Origin: an uncultured Spirochaetota bacterium
GTDB lineage: Bacteria; Spirochaetota; Brevinematia; Brevinematales; JAOACQ01
DNA length: 64,000 nucleotides
Direction of reading: 5' to 3'
Assembly (NCBI GenBank): GCA_963835575.1
Contig: CAWIGG010000002.1
Span: 1,280,001 to 1,344,000 of the forward strand
Positions 49,629 to 58,866 of this stretch are shown here, piece by piece; position 1 is the stretch's first letter, and every line of letters begins with the position of its first letter. The translations under genes and the position numbers were made by a program. A model generated the notes under the pieces. It was given only the letters and a program-made list of their open reading frames with translations, did no database searches and was not told the origin of the DNA.

Positions 49629-50120
49629 GCCGAGATTATTCATATCAATCGGTTCGTTAAAGAGGACAGCCTGGCCCTGTATGCTGGATTTGGCATGGTG
49701 GAAGATGAAACCGGGAAAAAGAAGCCGGGTCAAAAAAAGAAGATGAAACACTGCCACGAATATAACCGGCGATTGAAAAACGCGTTTATGAACGCTGCCA
49801 AGAACTTTATTCATTGGAATCCGGACCACCATCTTGCCGGAATGCATCGAAATTTGATAAAAAAAGGAATGAGCAGACTGGAAGCGAATAAAAGGGTTGC
49901 CAGAGCATTGGTTCGTAAGGTATTCCGAATGTTGAAGGATTATGCAGAGTCGGGAAATATATAAAAAAAGAAGAAAATGGGGTGGCAAAAGTGGGTTAGA
50001 AACCCTGCGGAAATTTTCCGCGTGCAACACCTCCATTTTCTTCAGATTTTATTATATCAGACTACTGAGGTTTGTTAAATATTTGATTGGAAATTATTTG
50101 ACTTAACTAAAACAATCTCT
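49629..50120 (+). mobile_element. IS110-family remnant: C-terminal transposase fragment (49629-49964) plus 3' non-coding end
   Basis: AEIIHINRFVKEDSLALYAGFG..ETG..NRRLKNAFMNAA..KRVARALVRKVFRMLK; TTGAC near the right end (about 50098). Confidence 0.75.
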
Positions 50121-50156
50121 GTGGCAAGGAAATTAACACTATAATTAAAAAATCGC

Positions 50157-53100
50157 TCAATTTGGGTTAACAGGAAGTAAAATAATAAATTTTGTTCCTT
50201 TCCCCGGCACACTCTCTATTCGAATTGAACCCTTGTGCCTTTCCACGATTTTCTTGCATACCGCCAGTCCGATACCGTTTCCTTCATATTCATCCTTCCC
50301 ATGCAGACGCTGAAACATCTTGAATATTTTATCATAATCCTTCTCATCAATCCCGATGCCGTTATCTTCCACCGCCAGCATGCAGTGACCCTCCGGGGCT
50401 TCTTTCAAAGCATAGATTTTTATCACCGGAGGCTCATCCGGCTTATGAAATTTTACGGCATTGGCTATCAGGTTCTGAAATAACTGCATCATCTGTATCA
50501 GATCCGCCTCAATTATGGGTAAGGGGCCAGCTTCTACCCTCCCGGATGTCTTTTTTATCCGTAATTCCAGGTCAGATAAAACATCTTTTACCGCCAGATT
50601 CAGGTCCACGGAAGTATAAGGTTTTGCCTGAGTGGTAACCCTTGAATAAGTGAGAAGGTCATCAATCAAAGCCTGCATTCTTACAGTAGCGTTCTGCATT
50701 CTGTCAACGTAGCCGCTTCCCTCTTCCTCCAGGGTAGAATAATACTTCTTTTTCAGCATTTCCCCAAAAGTGTTAATTTTACGCAATGGTTCCCGCAAAT
50801 CATGAGACGCGATATAGGCAAATTGTTCCAATTCAGCGTTTGATCTCTCCAATTTTTTATTCGCGTTAAGCAGCTCGGCGGTACGTTCCTTAACCCTCAA
50901 ATCCAGTTCTTCATTCAATTTTCTCATCCCGTCGTATAACCTGGCGTTCTCTAATGAAATCGCGGCCTGAGATGATAAGATATTTAATACTTCAAGCCTT
51001 TCCGGCGTAAAAGCATCCGTCAGCAGATTATTCTCAAGATAGAGAATACAAACCAGTTCGCTTTGTCTGAAGACCGGCGTGCAAAGCACTGATTTTATCT
51101 GATTCTTTGAAATGTAGGAATCTGAGACAAACAAACCTTCCTGGGACGCGTCCCTCAGAACTATATTTTCTTTTGTCCGTTTTACATATTGTATGATTGC
51201 GGGTGAAAGTCCCTGGGATTCTGACACCGGCACGGCTTGGAAGCCGCCTTTTTCCTTCCCCAATAAGCCTTCAGCTTCAATAAAAAGATTTTCATCATGT
51301 TCTAAAATGAGAAATCCTTTTTGCGCTCCGGCGCTTTCTATTACAATATTCATTAAATTATTTAACAGCTTTTCCCTTTCTATTTCCTGTGAAATCGACT
51401 GCGACGCTTTTAATACGGCCGCAAAATCAAGGCTCATTAAAGAAGGAACCGCGCCTTTAGCTTCTTCCATCAGCAGATGGGGATATTTTTCCTCGAGGTC
51501 TTTGACTTTGGCCGTTGCTCCCCATTTTATATAGCAAAAGCGTGCTTCTACCATATATTTCTTCATATTTTCCATATCACCTGTTCTCTGCATTAATAAT
51601 GAGGCCCGTTCATTGGCAATTGCCTCGTTCTGCTTGTATCCGTTTTCACGCGCAGATTGAATCGCCTGGCCGTAAAGATTTTTTGCCTTTTTTAATTGTC
51701 CCTGGATAACAGCCAGTTCGGCTTCGACCAGAAGGTATTTATGCAGGAAGTTCTCGGGGCAGAACTTCGCCCACGTCCGTATCTTTTTCTGGTTTTTCGC
51801 GAGCTGTCTTATGTGACTGCGCCTTTTACCGGCAGATACGGAATTGTATCCGGCCGTCAGAGCGAGCGAATAATAAAAATAGAATTCCGCGACGTGCAGG
51901 GTGCCGATAGCAATCTCAATGATTTTTTCCATTTCTTTCGCTATCCCTATGCATCTGGTATAATTACCGATAAAAAATTGAATCCTCATCCTGACCAGGA
52001 GATGATAAAATACGCCGAGAAGATTGTTTGCTGCTCTATATTTTATCAGTTCATTCTCTTCATTATATCCGCCGCTATTCAGGGTATTGCTCCTTTCAGT
52101 CAAGCCTTTAAAATTCAAATACATCTGCGTGTTTTCATGATAATTGCTCGCCACAAAGGGGTCTTTCACGCCCAGTTGGAAATTCTTGTAATTTTTGTAT
52201 TCAGTAAAAATATCATCAAGATTGTCCCCGATCATGATACGATACATGCACAGGACATTGATGCTGTGGCCGCAATAAATCATGTCGCCCGATTCGAGGC
52301 CATACTTATAGGCATCCCGCAGGTATTGGATGTCTTCTCTCGCTTGCCTGGTCCAGTGAAGAATAAAATAGCCAGTGAGAAAATTTAACGTACACCTGTT
52401 TTTTGGGGTATTTAACTTTTCGTTCAGTTCAAGCGCGGCTCTGGCGAACCGATAGCCCTCGTTATAGAATCCAAGACCTGAACCGATTATGGGCCCCAAC
52501 GCAACCCATGCGAGAGACGATACTTCGACATTGCCTTTTTTCAGCATCATGTTTATAAGTTTAATGATGGTTACTGTCCACAAATTGGGATCAACATAAT
52601 AAGCCGCTGTGCCGGTGCTGAAGGATAGATCTCCGATAGCAATTCTCTCCGGATCCGTGTCTCTCGAAAGATTGATGATGTCTTCAATCCTCCTCCTGCC
52701 GAAGTTTAACCTGAGCCTTATGAGTTCAAGCAACACGTGTATTTTACCCGGTTTTTTCGGAATATGGTGCCCAACCATGTCGAAGCCCTCAAGGCCAAGC
52801 CTGATGGCCTCCTTATAGTCGCCGATGTTCGTATACAGGACGACCATGATGGTATATGCGTTCGTCTGATCAACAACGGTCTTCGCGTTTTTTGTAACAA
52901 TATCAAAGAGCGAAACAGCGACTTCGAAGTTGCCGGTAAGATATTCGCACTCCATCCGCTCACGGAAAAGCGAAAAGGTAAGTTCATATTCAACATCCCA
53001 GCTCTGCTCCGGAAGGAGTTCGATCCCTGTTGTCAGGTATCTCACCGCAGAGCCGTACGCCGTAGATTTCTTTGCCTTGATCCCGGCCATCCGGTTCAAT

Positions 53101-55298
53101 CGCGCCAGCTCAGTCCTTTCCGCCCGGTCAGTTATCATGGTCCTCCCGTTATTGAGCTGATTAACAATATAGAAGATCATATCTAAAAGTTTCTCATCAG
53201 CGGCAGCGGCGAGCACTTTCCTTCCGATCATGTAGTGTATTTTCGACTTCTCTTCATCGGGAATAAGCGAATAGGCAGCAGCCTGTATCCGGTCATGTTG
53301 AAAGTTATAGATTCCGCCCTGCAGGCTCACCAACCCTTCTTCTATAGCAGCCGCCAGATACACAAAGGCTTTTTCGATGGGAATGTCCGATACCAGGGAC
53401 AGCATCGCCAGGTCGAACCGGTTGCCCATGCAGGAGCAAACCTGGAGTATTCTGCGGGTATTTTCGGGAAGCTTTGATATCTTACCTGCCATCAACTCCA
53501 CAACGTTGTCGGTTACCTGCATCTGAGCTGCCTTTCCGATGTCCCATTTCCACCCGGATTCATAATCGAATTTGATCACCCGCTCATCATACAGTGTTTT
53601 TAAAAACTGGTTCACGAAAAAGGGATTGCCGTTTGTTTTGTTATATATATGTTCACCAAGCGGCATAGTCATTTTTTCATCTGTCCTCAGGGTGCTGGCG
53701 GTGAGCGCGTTTACATCTTCCTGCGTGAGCGGCGGAAGAGAGATGGTATTGATGACGACGCCCCGCTTCCTGATTTCATCGAATGTGATGATCATAGGAT
53801 GCGACTCATTGATCTCATTGTCGCGATACGTGCCTATGAATAAAAGAGATATATTCTCACGCTGGGTGGTCAGCGTTTTTATCAATTTGAGGCTTGCTGA
53901 ATCAGCCCATTGCAAATCATCGAGAAACAGAACAAGGGGGCTTTCTTCAGCCGCAAAAACGCTGGTAAAATTCCGGAATACCAGATTGAACCGGTTTTGT
54001 GATCCATCAGGGCCAAGTTCGGGTACGTCCGGCTGTGCGCCAACTATGAGCTCCACCTCGGGAATAATATCGGTGATGACTTTTCCAATATTCCCCAGCG
54101 CGTTAGCGAGCCTTTCTTTATACACCCGCAGATTCTCGTCGCTCTGTCCCAGAATCTGCTTCACCAGCCCCTGAAACGCCTGAATGATGGCGCTGTAAGG
54201 AACATCCCTCTTGAATTGTTCATATTGCCCCGCGATAAAGAAACTTCTTTTCGCGGCAATGGTTTTGTGAATTTCATTGACCAACGCCGACTTGCCGATA
54301 CCGGGATTCCCCGTGACAAGCATTATTTCACACGCGCCGCTTGCGGCCCGTTCAAACGCCGCCTGCAGCGCTTCTATCTCTTTTTCCCTGCCGTATAATT
54401 TTTCAGGAATATTGAATTTATCGGATATGTCTTTTTTACCCAGTGGAAATTTTTCTATTTTACCTTTTTCATTCAGCTGCCTCCCGCACTCTTCCAGGTC
54501 CGCCTTTAATCCTCCGGCGCTCTGGTAGCGTTCTTCCGCTCCTTTCGATAACAGCTTCATGACGATAGCTGAAACCATTTCAGGTATATCCTGTTTCACT
54601 TCCCGCGGAACTTCAGGTATTCCCGCGATATGAGCATGGATCAGCTCAAGAGGGTCCCTGGAAGAAAAAGGAAGGATGCCGGTCAGCATGGCATAAAATA
54701 CTACCCCGAGTGAATAAAAATCTGTCCGGTAGTCCACCGATCGGTTCATCCGGCCGGTTTGTTCCGGAGAGATAAACGGCAGTCTGTTTTCAATTACATC
54801 CTTATCATAAAAAGATTCCAGTTCTTTTGCTTCTAAAAAAGATAATTCAAAATCCCCCATCTTTATCGAGCTGTTCTCTTTGTCAATGAAAATTGATGAT
54901 AAACTGATATTCCCGTGATAAATATTGTAAGCATGTATTTCTTTCAGCGCTTCCGATAGCTGAATGACCATTGAAAGAAATGTCTTCAGGTCAATTTCTT
55001 CTTCTTTTAAAAATTCTTTTAATGGTATTCCGTTAAAATCTTCCCGGATCAATACAATTCCTTCGTTCGAATTTTGAATGTCGAGTATTTTAATGATCCT
55101 GTCTGATTTTATATCCATCAGTTTTCCATATACTGATTTAAACCGGGCGATATTTTCAGGCGTGTTATATAAGTCTTTTAAAATCTTAAATAATAACGGC
55201 TTTTTGTTTTTATCTGAATTGGAATATCCATGGTATGAATTCGAAACTGGATGTTCACCGTCCCTGACCTCTATTGTATAATCCGGAAGATTAATCAT
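50157..55298 (-). CDS. Multidomain sensor: degenerate Ser/Thr kinase, AAA ATPase, helical repeats, GAF, histidine kinase
   Basis: ISPEQTGRMNRSVDYRTDFYSLG, LYGRE, GNPGIGKS, FLDDLQWAD, TNGNPFF, LYLENN, ASHDLREPL, QNLIANA, DNGIGI, GIGL. Confidence 0.93.
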   Translation of the reverse strand: MINLPDYTIEVRDGEHPVSNSYHGYSNSDKNKKPLLFKILKDLYNTPENIARFKSVYGKLMDIKSDRIIKILDIQNSNEGIVLIREDFNGIPLKEFLKEEEIDLKTFLSMVIQLSEALKEIHAYNIYHGNISLSSIFIDKENSSIKMGDFELSFLEAKELESFYDKDVIENRLPFISPEQTGRMNRSVDYRTDFYSLGVVFYAMLTGILPFSSRDPLELIHAHIAGIPEVPREVKQDIPEMVSAIVMKLLSKGAEERYQSAGGLKADLEECGRQLNEKGKIEKFPLGKKDISDKFNIPEKLYGREKEIEALQAAFERAASGACEIMLVTGNPGIGKSALVNEIHKTIAAKRSFFIAGQYEQFKRDVPYSAIIQAFQGLVKQILGQSDENLRVYKERLANALGNIGKVITDIIPEVELIVGAQPDVPELGPDGSQNRFNLVFRNFTSVFAAEESPLVLFLDDLQWADSASLKLIKTLTTQRENISLLFIGTYRDNEINESHPMIITFDEIRKRGVVINTISLPPLTQEDVNALTASTLRTDEKMTMPLGEHIYNKTNGNPFFVNQFLKTLYDERVIKFDYESGWKWDIGKAAQMQVTDNVVELMAGKISKLPENTRRILQVCSCMGNRFDLAMLSLVSDIPIEKAFVYLAAAIEEGLVSLQGGIYNFQHDRIQAAAYSLIPDEEKSKIHYMIGRKVLAAAADEKLLDMIFYIVNQLNNGRTMITDRAERTELARLNRMAGIKAKKSTAYGSAVRYLTTGIELLPEQSWDVEYELTFSLFRERMECEYLTGNFEVAVSLFDIVTKNAKTVVDQTNAYTIMVVLYTNIGDYKEAIRLGLEGFDMVGHHIPKKPGKIHVLLELIRLRLNFGRRRIEDIINLSRDTDPERIAIGDLSFSTGTAAYYVDPNLWTVTIIKLINMMLKKGNVEVSSLAWVALGPIIGSGLGFYNEGYRFARAALELNEKLNTPKNRCTLNFLTGYFILHWTRQAREDIQYLRDAYKYGLESGDMIYCGHSINVLCMYRIMIGDNLDDIFTEYKNYKNFQLGVKDPFVASNYHENTQMYLNFKGLTERSNTLNSGGYNEENELIKYRAANNLLGVFYHLLVRMRIQFFIGNYTRCIGIAKEMEKIIEIAIGTLHVAEFYFYYSLALTAGYNSVSAGKRRSHIRQLAKNQKKIRTWAKFCPENFLHKYLLVEAELAVIQGQLKKAKNLYGQAIQSARENGYKQNEAIANERASLLMQRTGDMENMKKYMVEARFCYIKWGATAKVKDLEEKYPHLLMEEAKGAVPSLMSLDFAAVLKASQSISQEIEREKLLNNLMNIVIESAGAQKGFLILEHDENLFIEAEGLLGKEKGGFQAVPVSESQGLSPAIIQYVKRTKENIVLRDASQEGLFVSDSYISKNQIKSVLCTPVFRQSELVCILYLENNLLTDAFTPERLEVLNILSSQAAISLENARLYDGMRKLNEELDLRVKERTAELLNANKKLERSNAELEQFAYIASHDLREPLRKINTFGEMLKKKYYSTLEEEGSGYVDRMQNATVRMQALIDDLLTYSRVTTQAKPYTSVDLNLAVKDVLSDLELRIKKTSGRVEAGPLPIIEADLIQMMQLFQNLIANAVKFHKPDEPPVIKIYALKEAPEGHCMLAVEDNGIGIDEKDYDKIFKMFQRLHGKDEYEGNGIGLAVCKKIVERHKGSIRIESVPGKGTKFIILLPVNPN

Positions 55299-55322
55299 AT
55301 CGTCTCCTGAATAATAGGTTCA

Positions 55323-55515
55323 TATTGTCAAAAGTTTTCTTTGTGAAAACTTTTTAACTCTATATATAAAATATAAATAATGCTTATTTTCTTTTACTCC
55401 CCTTGATTTAGTTTATTCCCCCTGAAAAGGGGGAATTATTTTCCTAAAATCTTCTCCTTTGCTTCGATACGCCTGCGGGCTACTCAGCACAAGTTTCATA
55501 AAACTTTTAACATTA
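55323..55515. mobile_element. Short non-coding relative of the 58230-58853 element
   Basis: Ends TATTGTCAAAAGTT / AACTTTTAACATTA; shared GGGGAATTATT..TTCCTAAAA..TTTCATA right end; micro-insertion at about 55461-55493. Confidence 0.65.
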
Positions 55516-55572
55516 CCAACAGATCTCATTTTAGTTATCAATATTTATTTAGTCAATTGAATGCCTTTATTT

Positions 55573-57337
55573 TTATTTATCCTGTTTAACAGGAAGTAAA
55601 ATAATAAATTTTGTTCCTTCTCCCGCCTTACTTTCCACCCGGATTGTCCCTCCATGCCGCTCCGCGATTTTCTTGCACACCGCGAGTCCTATGCCGCTCC
55701 CTTCATACTCATCCCTTCCATGCAGACGCTGAAATACCCCGAATATTTGATCATAATACATCTCATCAATGCCGATGCCGTTGTCCTCAACGGCAATGCT
55801 GATAAATCCCTCCGGAGCTTCCTTATAACTCATAGACTTTCACTATAGGCGGCACGTCCGGTTTGTGGAACTTAAGCGCGTTGCCGATCAGGTTCTGGAA
55901 CAACTGACGCATCTGAGTCGGCTCGGCTTTGATTACCGGCAGTGAATCAGTCTCCACTCTGCCGGATGCTTTTTCTATCCGCACCTCCAGGTCAGATAAT
56001 ACATCTTTCACTATCTGAGAAAGATCTATGCGGGAATTGGGTTCTGCCTTGGTGGTGACCCTTGAATAGGTGAGAAGATCATCAATTAAACTCTGCATCC
56101 TGATCGCGGCGTTCAGTATTCTTTCCAGATAATCCCGGCTTTGGTCTTCAAGGACGTCATAACTCTTTTCTTTCAGCCGCTCCCCGAAGGCTTTTATCTT
56201 CCGGAGAGGTTCCTGGAGATCGTGGGAAGCCACATGAGCAAAGTCCTGCAGATCCTGGTTGCTTTGCGACAGACTTTTATTCAGAAGCAAAAGGGCTTCT
56301 TCAGACTGCTTTAGTTCGGTAATGTCGTGTACGATGCAGACAAAGCCGATATTCCTGCTGCCCCTATGCCTGATTACCGAACTGGAAAATACGACCGGAA
56401 CAGTCCTTTCCGCCTTCGTTTCAAGCTCAGTCTCTAAACCAATGATTCTATTAGATAATAAAAGCTTGGTTCTTATTGTTTTTGCGGTTTCTTTATTTTC
56501 GAACAGGAAATCCATTGGTTTTCCAATAACCTCTTCCTCCGGGTAACCCGATGTTTTAACCAGCGCGGGGTTGACTCCCGCTATTTTACCCTCCAGATCA
56601 ACCAGGATTAAAGAATCGGACATAGTAGAGATTATATTCTCCACCGCTACTACCGGATCTATTCTGAACAGATCGTATTTCCAGATTCCGTAGCCGATAA
56701 AAGCATTCATCCAGAGTATCAAAAAAGGGGCCATCTCCGGAGTTTTGATTTTATTCATTATAGGAAGTGCTACCACAAAAACCAATAAAGACAAACAGAT
56801 CAGGAAAATTTTGATCATTTTTTTCTTGGCTTTGTTAGTTGTTTTTAAATAGTAATGAACGATAAGAATAAGAGATAGAGAAATGATTAAAAGTAGCCAT
56901 ATACCAATTATATAAGACATCCAAGGATTATGGGGAACGGCATAGGCTGTATACCCCATGTCGCCAGGCTTTAGCTGACCAGCCAATAAATCGGTTGTCA
57001 GAGCCATAATTGAAAAGAACAATGCCGGAATATACAAAATAAAATAAGTGAGTTTATTTTTCAACCATTTCTTTTTTTCTGTAAAGACTAATGCGAAGTG
57101 AAGAAGAAACACCGTTGAGCTGCTTCCCGGAGAAGCAACTTTTAACCATAATAAAGCGGTATAAGAATCGGCTGACTGTTGGGATAAAAAATAAAAAAAT
57201 AGATAATAAGCGGAAGATAAACATAACAGTGAAAAAACCTGATTCAAAGCTTCTTTCTTATTGCTGTGATAGACAATTTCAGCTATTAATAAACAAGATA
57301 AAGCGGATAATAAAGTGGTAATGGTAAATACATTCAT
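55573..57337 (-). pseudogene. 7TM-PAS sensor histidine kinase split by a 1-bp frameshift near 55826 (pseudogene or sequencing error)
   Basis: 7TM N-terminus, PAS, ASHDLQEPL, QNLIGNA end at stop 55823; the G1/F/G2 boxes DNGIGI..FQRLH..GSGIGL continue in the adjacent frame. Confidence 0.85.
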
Positions 57338-57369
57338 TGGAACTTACTCCTTTTATCTTTCCACGCTCT

Positions 57370-58203
57370 TTATTTATCTTTGTCAGAGAAATCCACTTTC
57401 ACTCTTGTACCCTGCTCAAATGATATTTCCAGGGTACCCTGCAGGCGGTGAACCAGGTCTTTCACCAGTTTCAGGCCGAAAGTGTCCGGTTCTTTCAAAT
57501 TAACATGAGCAGGTAAACCAACTCCATTATCAATCACCTCCAGAACATTATTACCCGCATCATTATGATAAAACTTTATTTCGATAAAACCGGGTTTGCT
57601 GCCGGGAAAGGCATATTTCAAGCTATTCGTAATCAATTCGTTCACGATCAAACCGCATGACAGCGCGGTGTTGATAGTTATAAACATTTTTTCCGCGCTT
57701 ATTTTGAATTCTATGGTACGGGTTGGAGATAGATAGCTTTCAAACAAATAGCCGATTAACTCCTTAATATATGCCGAAAAATCGATCTCAGTTTCATTGC
57801 TCAGGGTTTCATTCTTTTTTTTCTCGATAGCGTATCGAATGGATCTTTCCAATAGCTCAGCATTAACCTTACCCTTAATCAGGTAATCGGAAGCTCCCTG
57901 CTTCATAGCTAAAATATCTATCTCATGACTGTTCTGGCCGGTCAACATAATGGCGGGAATATTTTTATGCTTTTCGATTATCTTAGTAATCAATTCGATG
58001 CCGGTATTTGGCCCCAGGTTATAATCAACTAAAAACACATCATAATTGTCTTTTTGAATTTCTTCCATAGCTTCTTCAAAGTTTGATACCCAGGACATAT
58101 TATATTCCTGGTCTTCGATATCCGAAATGATGTCTTTAGTAATGATATAGTCCTCTTCATCGTCATCAATTAATAAGATTCTGATTCTTTCCTTTTCATC
58201 CAT
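57370..58203 (-). CDS. Receiver domain fused directly to a HisKA_2-type HATPase lacking the H-box
   Basis: REC LLIDDD..VDYNL..MLTG..DYLIK; then IDFSAYIKEL, GLIVNELITNSLKYAF, DNGVGLP, GLKLV. Confidence 0.8.
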   Translation of the reverse strand: MDEKERIRILLIDDDEEDYIITKDIISDIEDQEYNMSWVSNFEEAMEEIQKDNYDVFLVDYNLGPNTGIELITKIIEKHKNIPAIMLTGQNSHEIDILAMKQGASDYLIKGKVNAELLERSIRYAIEKKKNETLSNETEIDFSAYIKELIGYLFESYLSPTRTIEFKISAEKMFITINTALSCGLIVNELITNSLKYAFPGSKPGFIEIKFYHNDAGNNVLEVIDNGVGLPAHVNLKEPDTFGLKLVKDLVHRLQGTLEISFEQGTRVKVDFSDKDK

Positions 58204-58229
58204 AAGAGTTCTCCCTTCTATTAAAATCG

Positions 58230-58853
58230 TAATGTCAAAAGTTTTCTTGTCGAAAACTTTTATTTTTATAATCAACAATGAATTTTTAAATATGGCCTAA
58301 CTCCCCTCCTATTTTAGGAGGTCAATTACTCCATCCATAGGTGTAATTGAGGGGGTGGTAAAGAAGTTCCCGCTAATCTCTAATAAAACACCCTCAATAT
58401 TTTCAAACACTCTTTTATTTTCTATTCTACATACCCTGATACCAAAATCATTCAAAAATAATGTTCTTTTTTGATCATCATCATAGCCCGAAAGACTGTA
58501 ATGACCTTCACCATCTAATTCAACGCATAATTTTTCCGAAGGACAGTAAAAATCCAATATATATGAACCTACACTATGTTGCTGCCTCCGGCAGTCTAAA
58601 TTTTCTTCCTTCCAATCCTTTATTTTGAAGAAACTTCCATAACTTAGCTTCTTCTGGAGTCAGATGATTACTTAAGCATTTACGTTTATCTTTTAATTCT
58701 TTTTTATTGTGAATGATTTCTTTCATACACTTTTCTACCACCCCTCAATTAATCCTTTGGATGGATTAATTGACCCTCCTTCACAAGGAGGGGAATTATT
58801 GCTTCCTAATATTTTCCTAAAAACCCTTCTTTTTCATACAACTTTTGACATTA
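58230..58853 (-). mobile_element. IR-bounded cassette carrying a DUF559 endonuclease pseudogene between ~60-bp hairpin arms
   Basis: 14-bp perfect outer IR TAATGTCAAAAGTT/AACTTTTGACATTA; inner arms 58299-58359 and 58737-58797 are reverse complements. Confidence 0.75.
58309..58726 (-). pseudogene. DUF559 (Vsr-like) endonuclease, frameshifted by a small palindromic insertion
   Basis: MKEIIHNKKELKDKRKCLSNHLTPEEAKLWKFLQNKGLEGRKFR / QQHSVGSYILDFYCPSEKLCVELDGEGH..DQKRT. Confidence 0.85.
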
Positions 58854-58866
58854 TCTTTAAAATTTT

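Noticed and set aside
49614..50036. 140-aa minus-strand ORF
   Set aside because: Antisense to the IS110 transposase fragment, with no recognisable features.
55820..55835. Programmed frameshift in the 7TM kinase
   Set aside because: No slippery heptamer or homopolymer at the junction; a single-base insertion is simpler.
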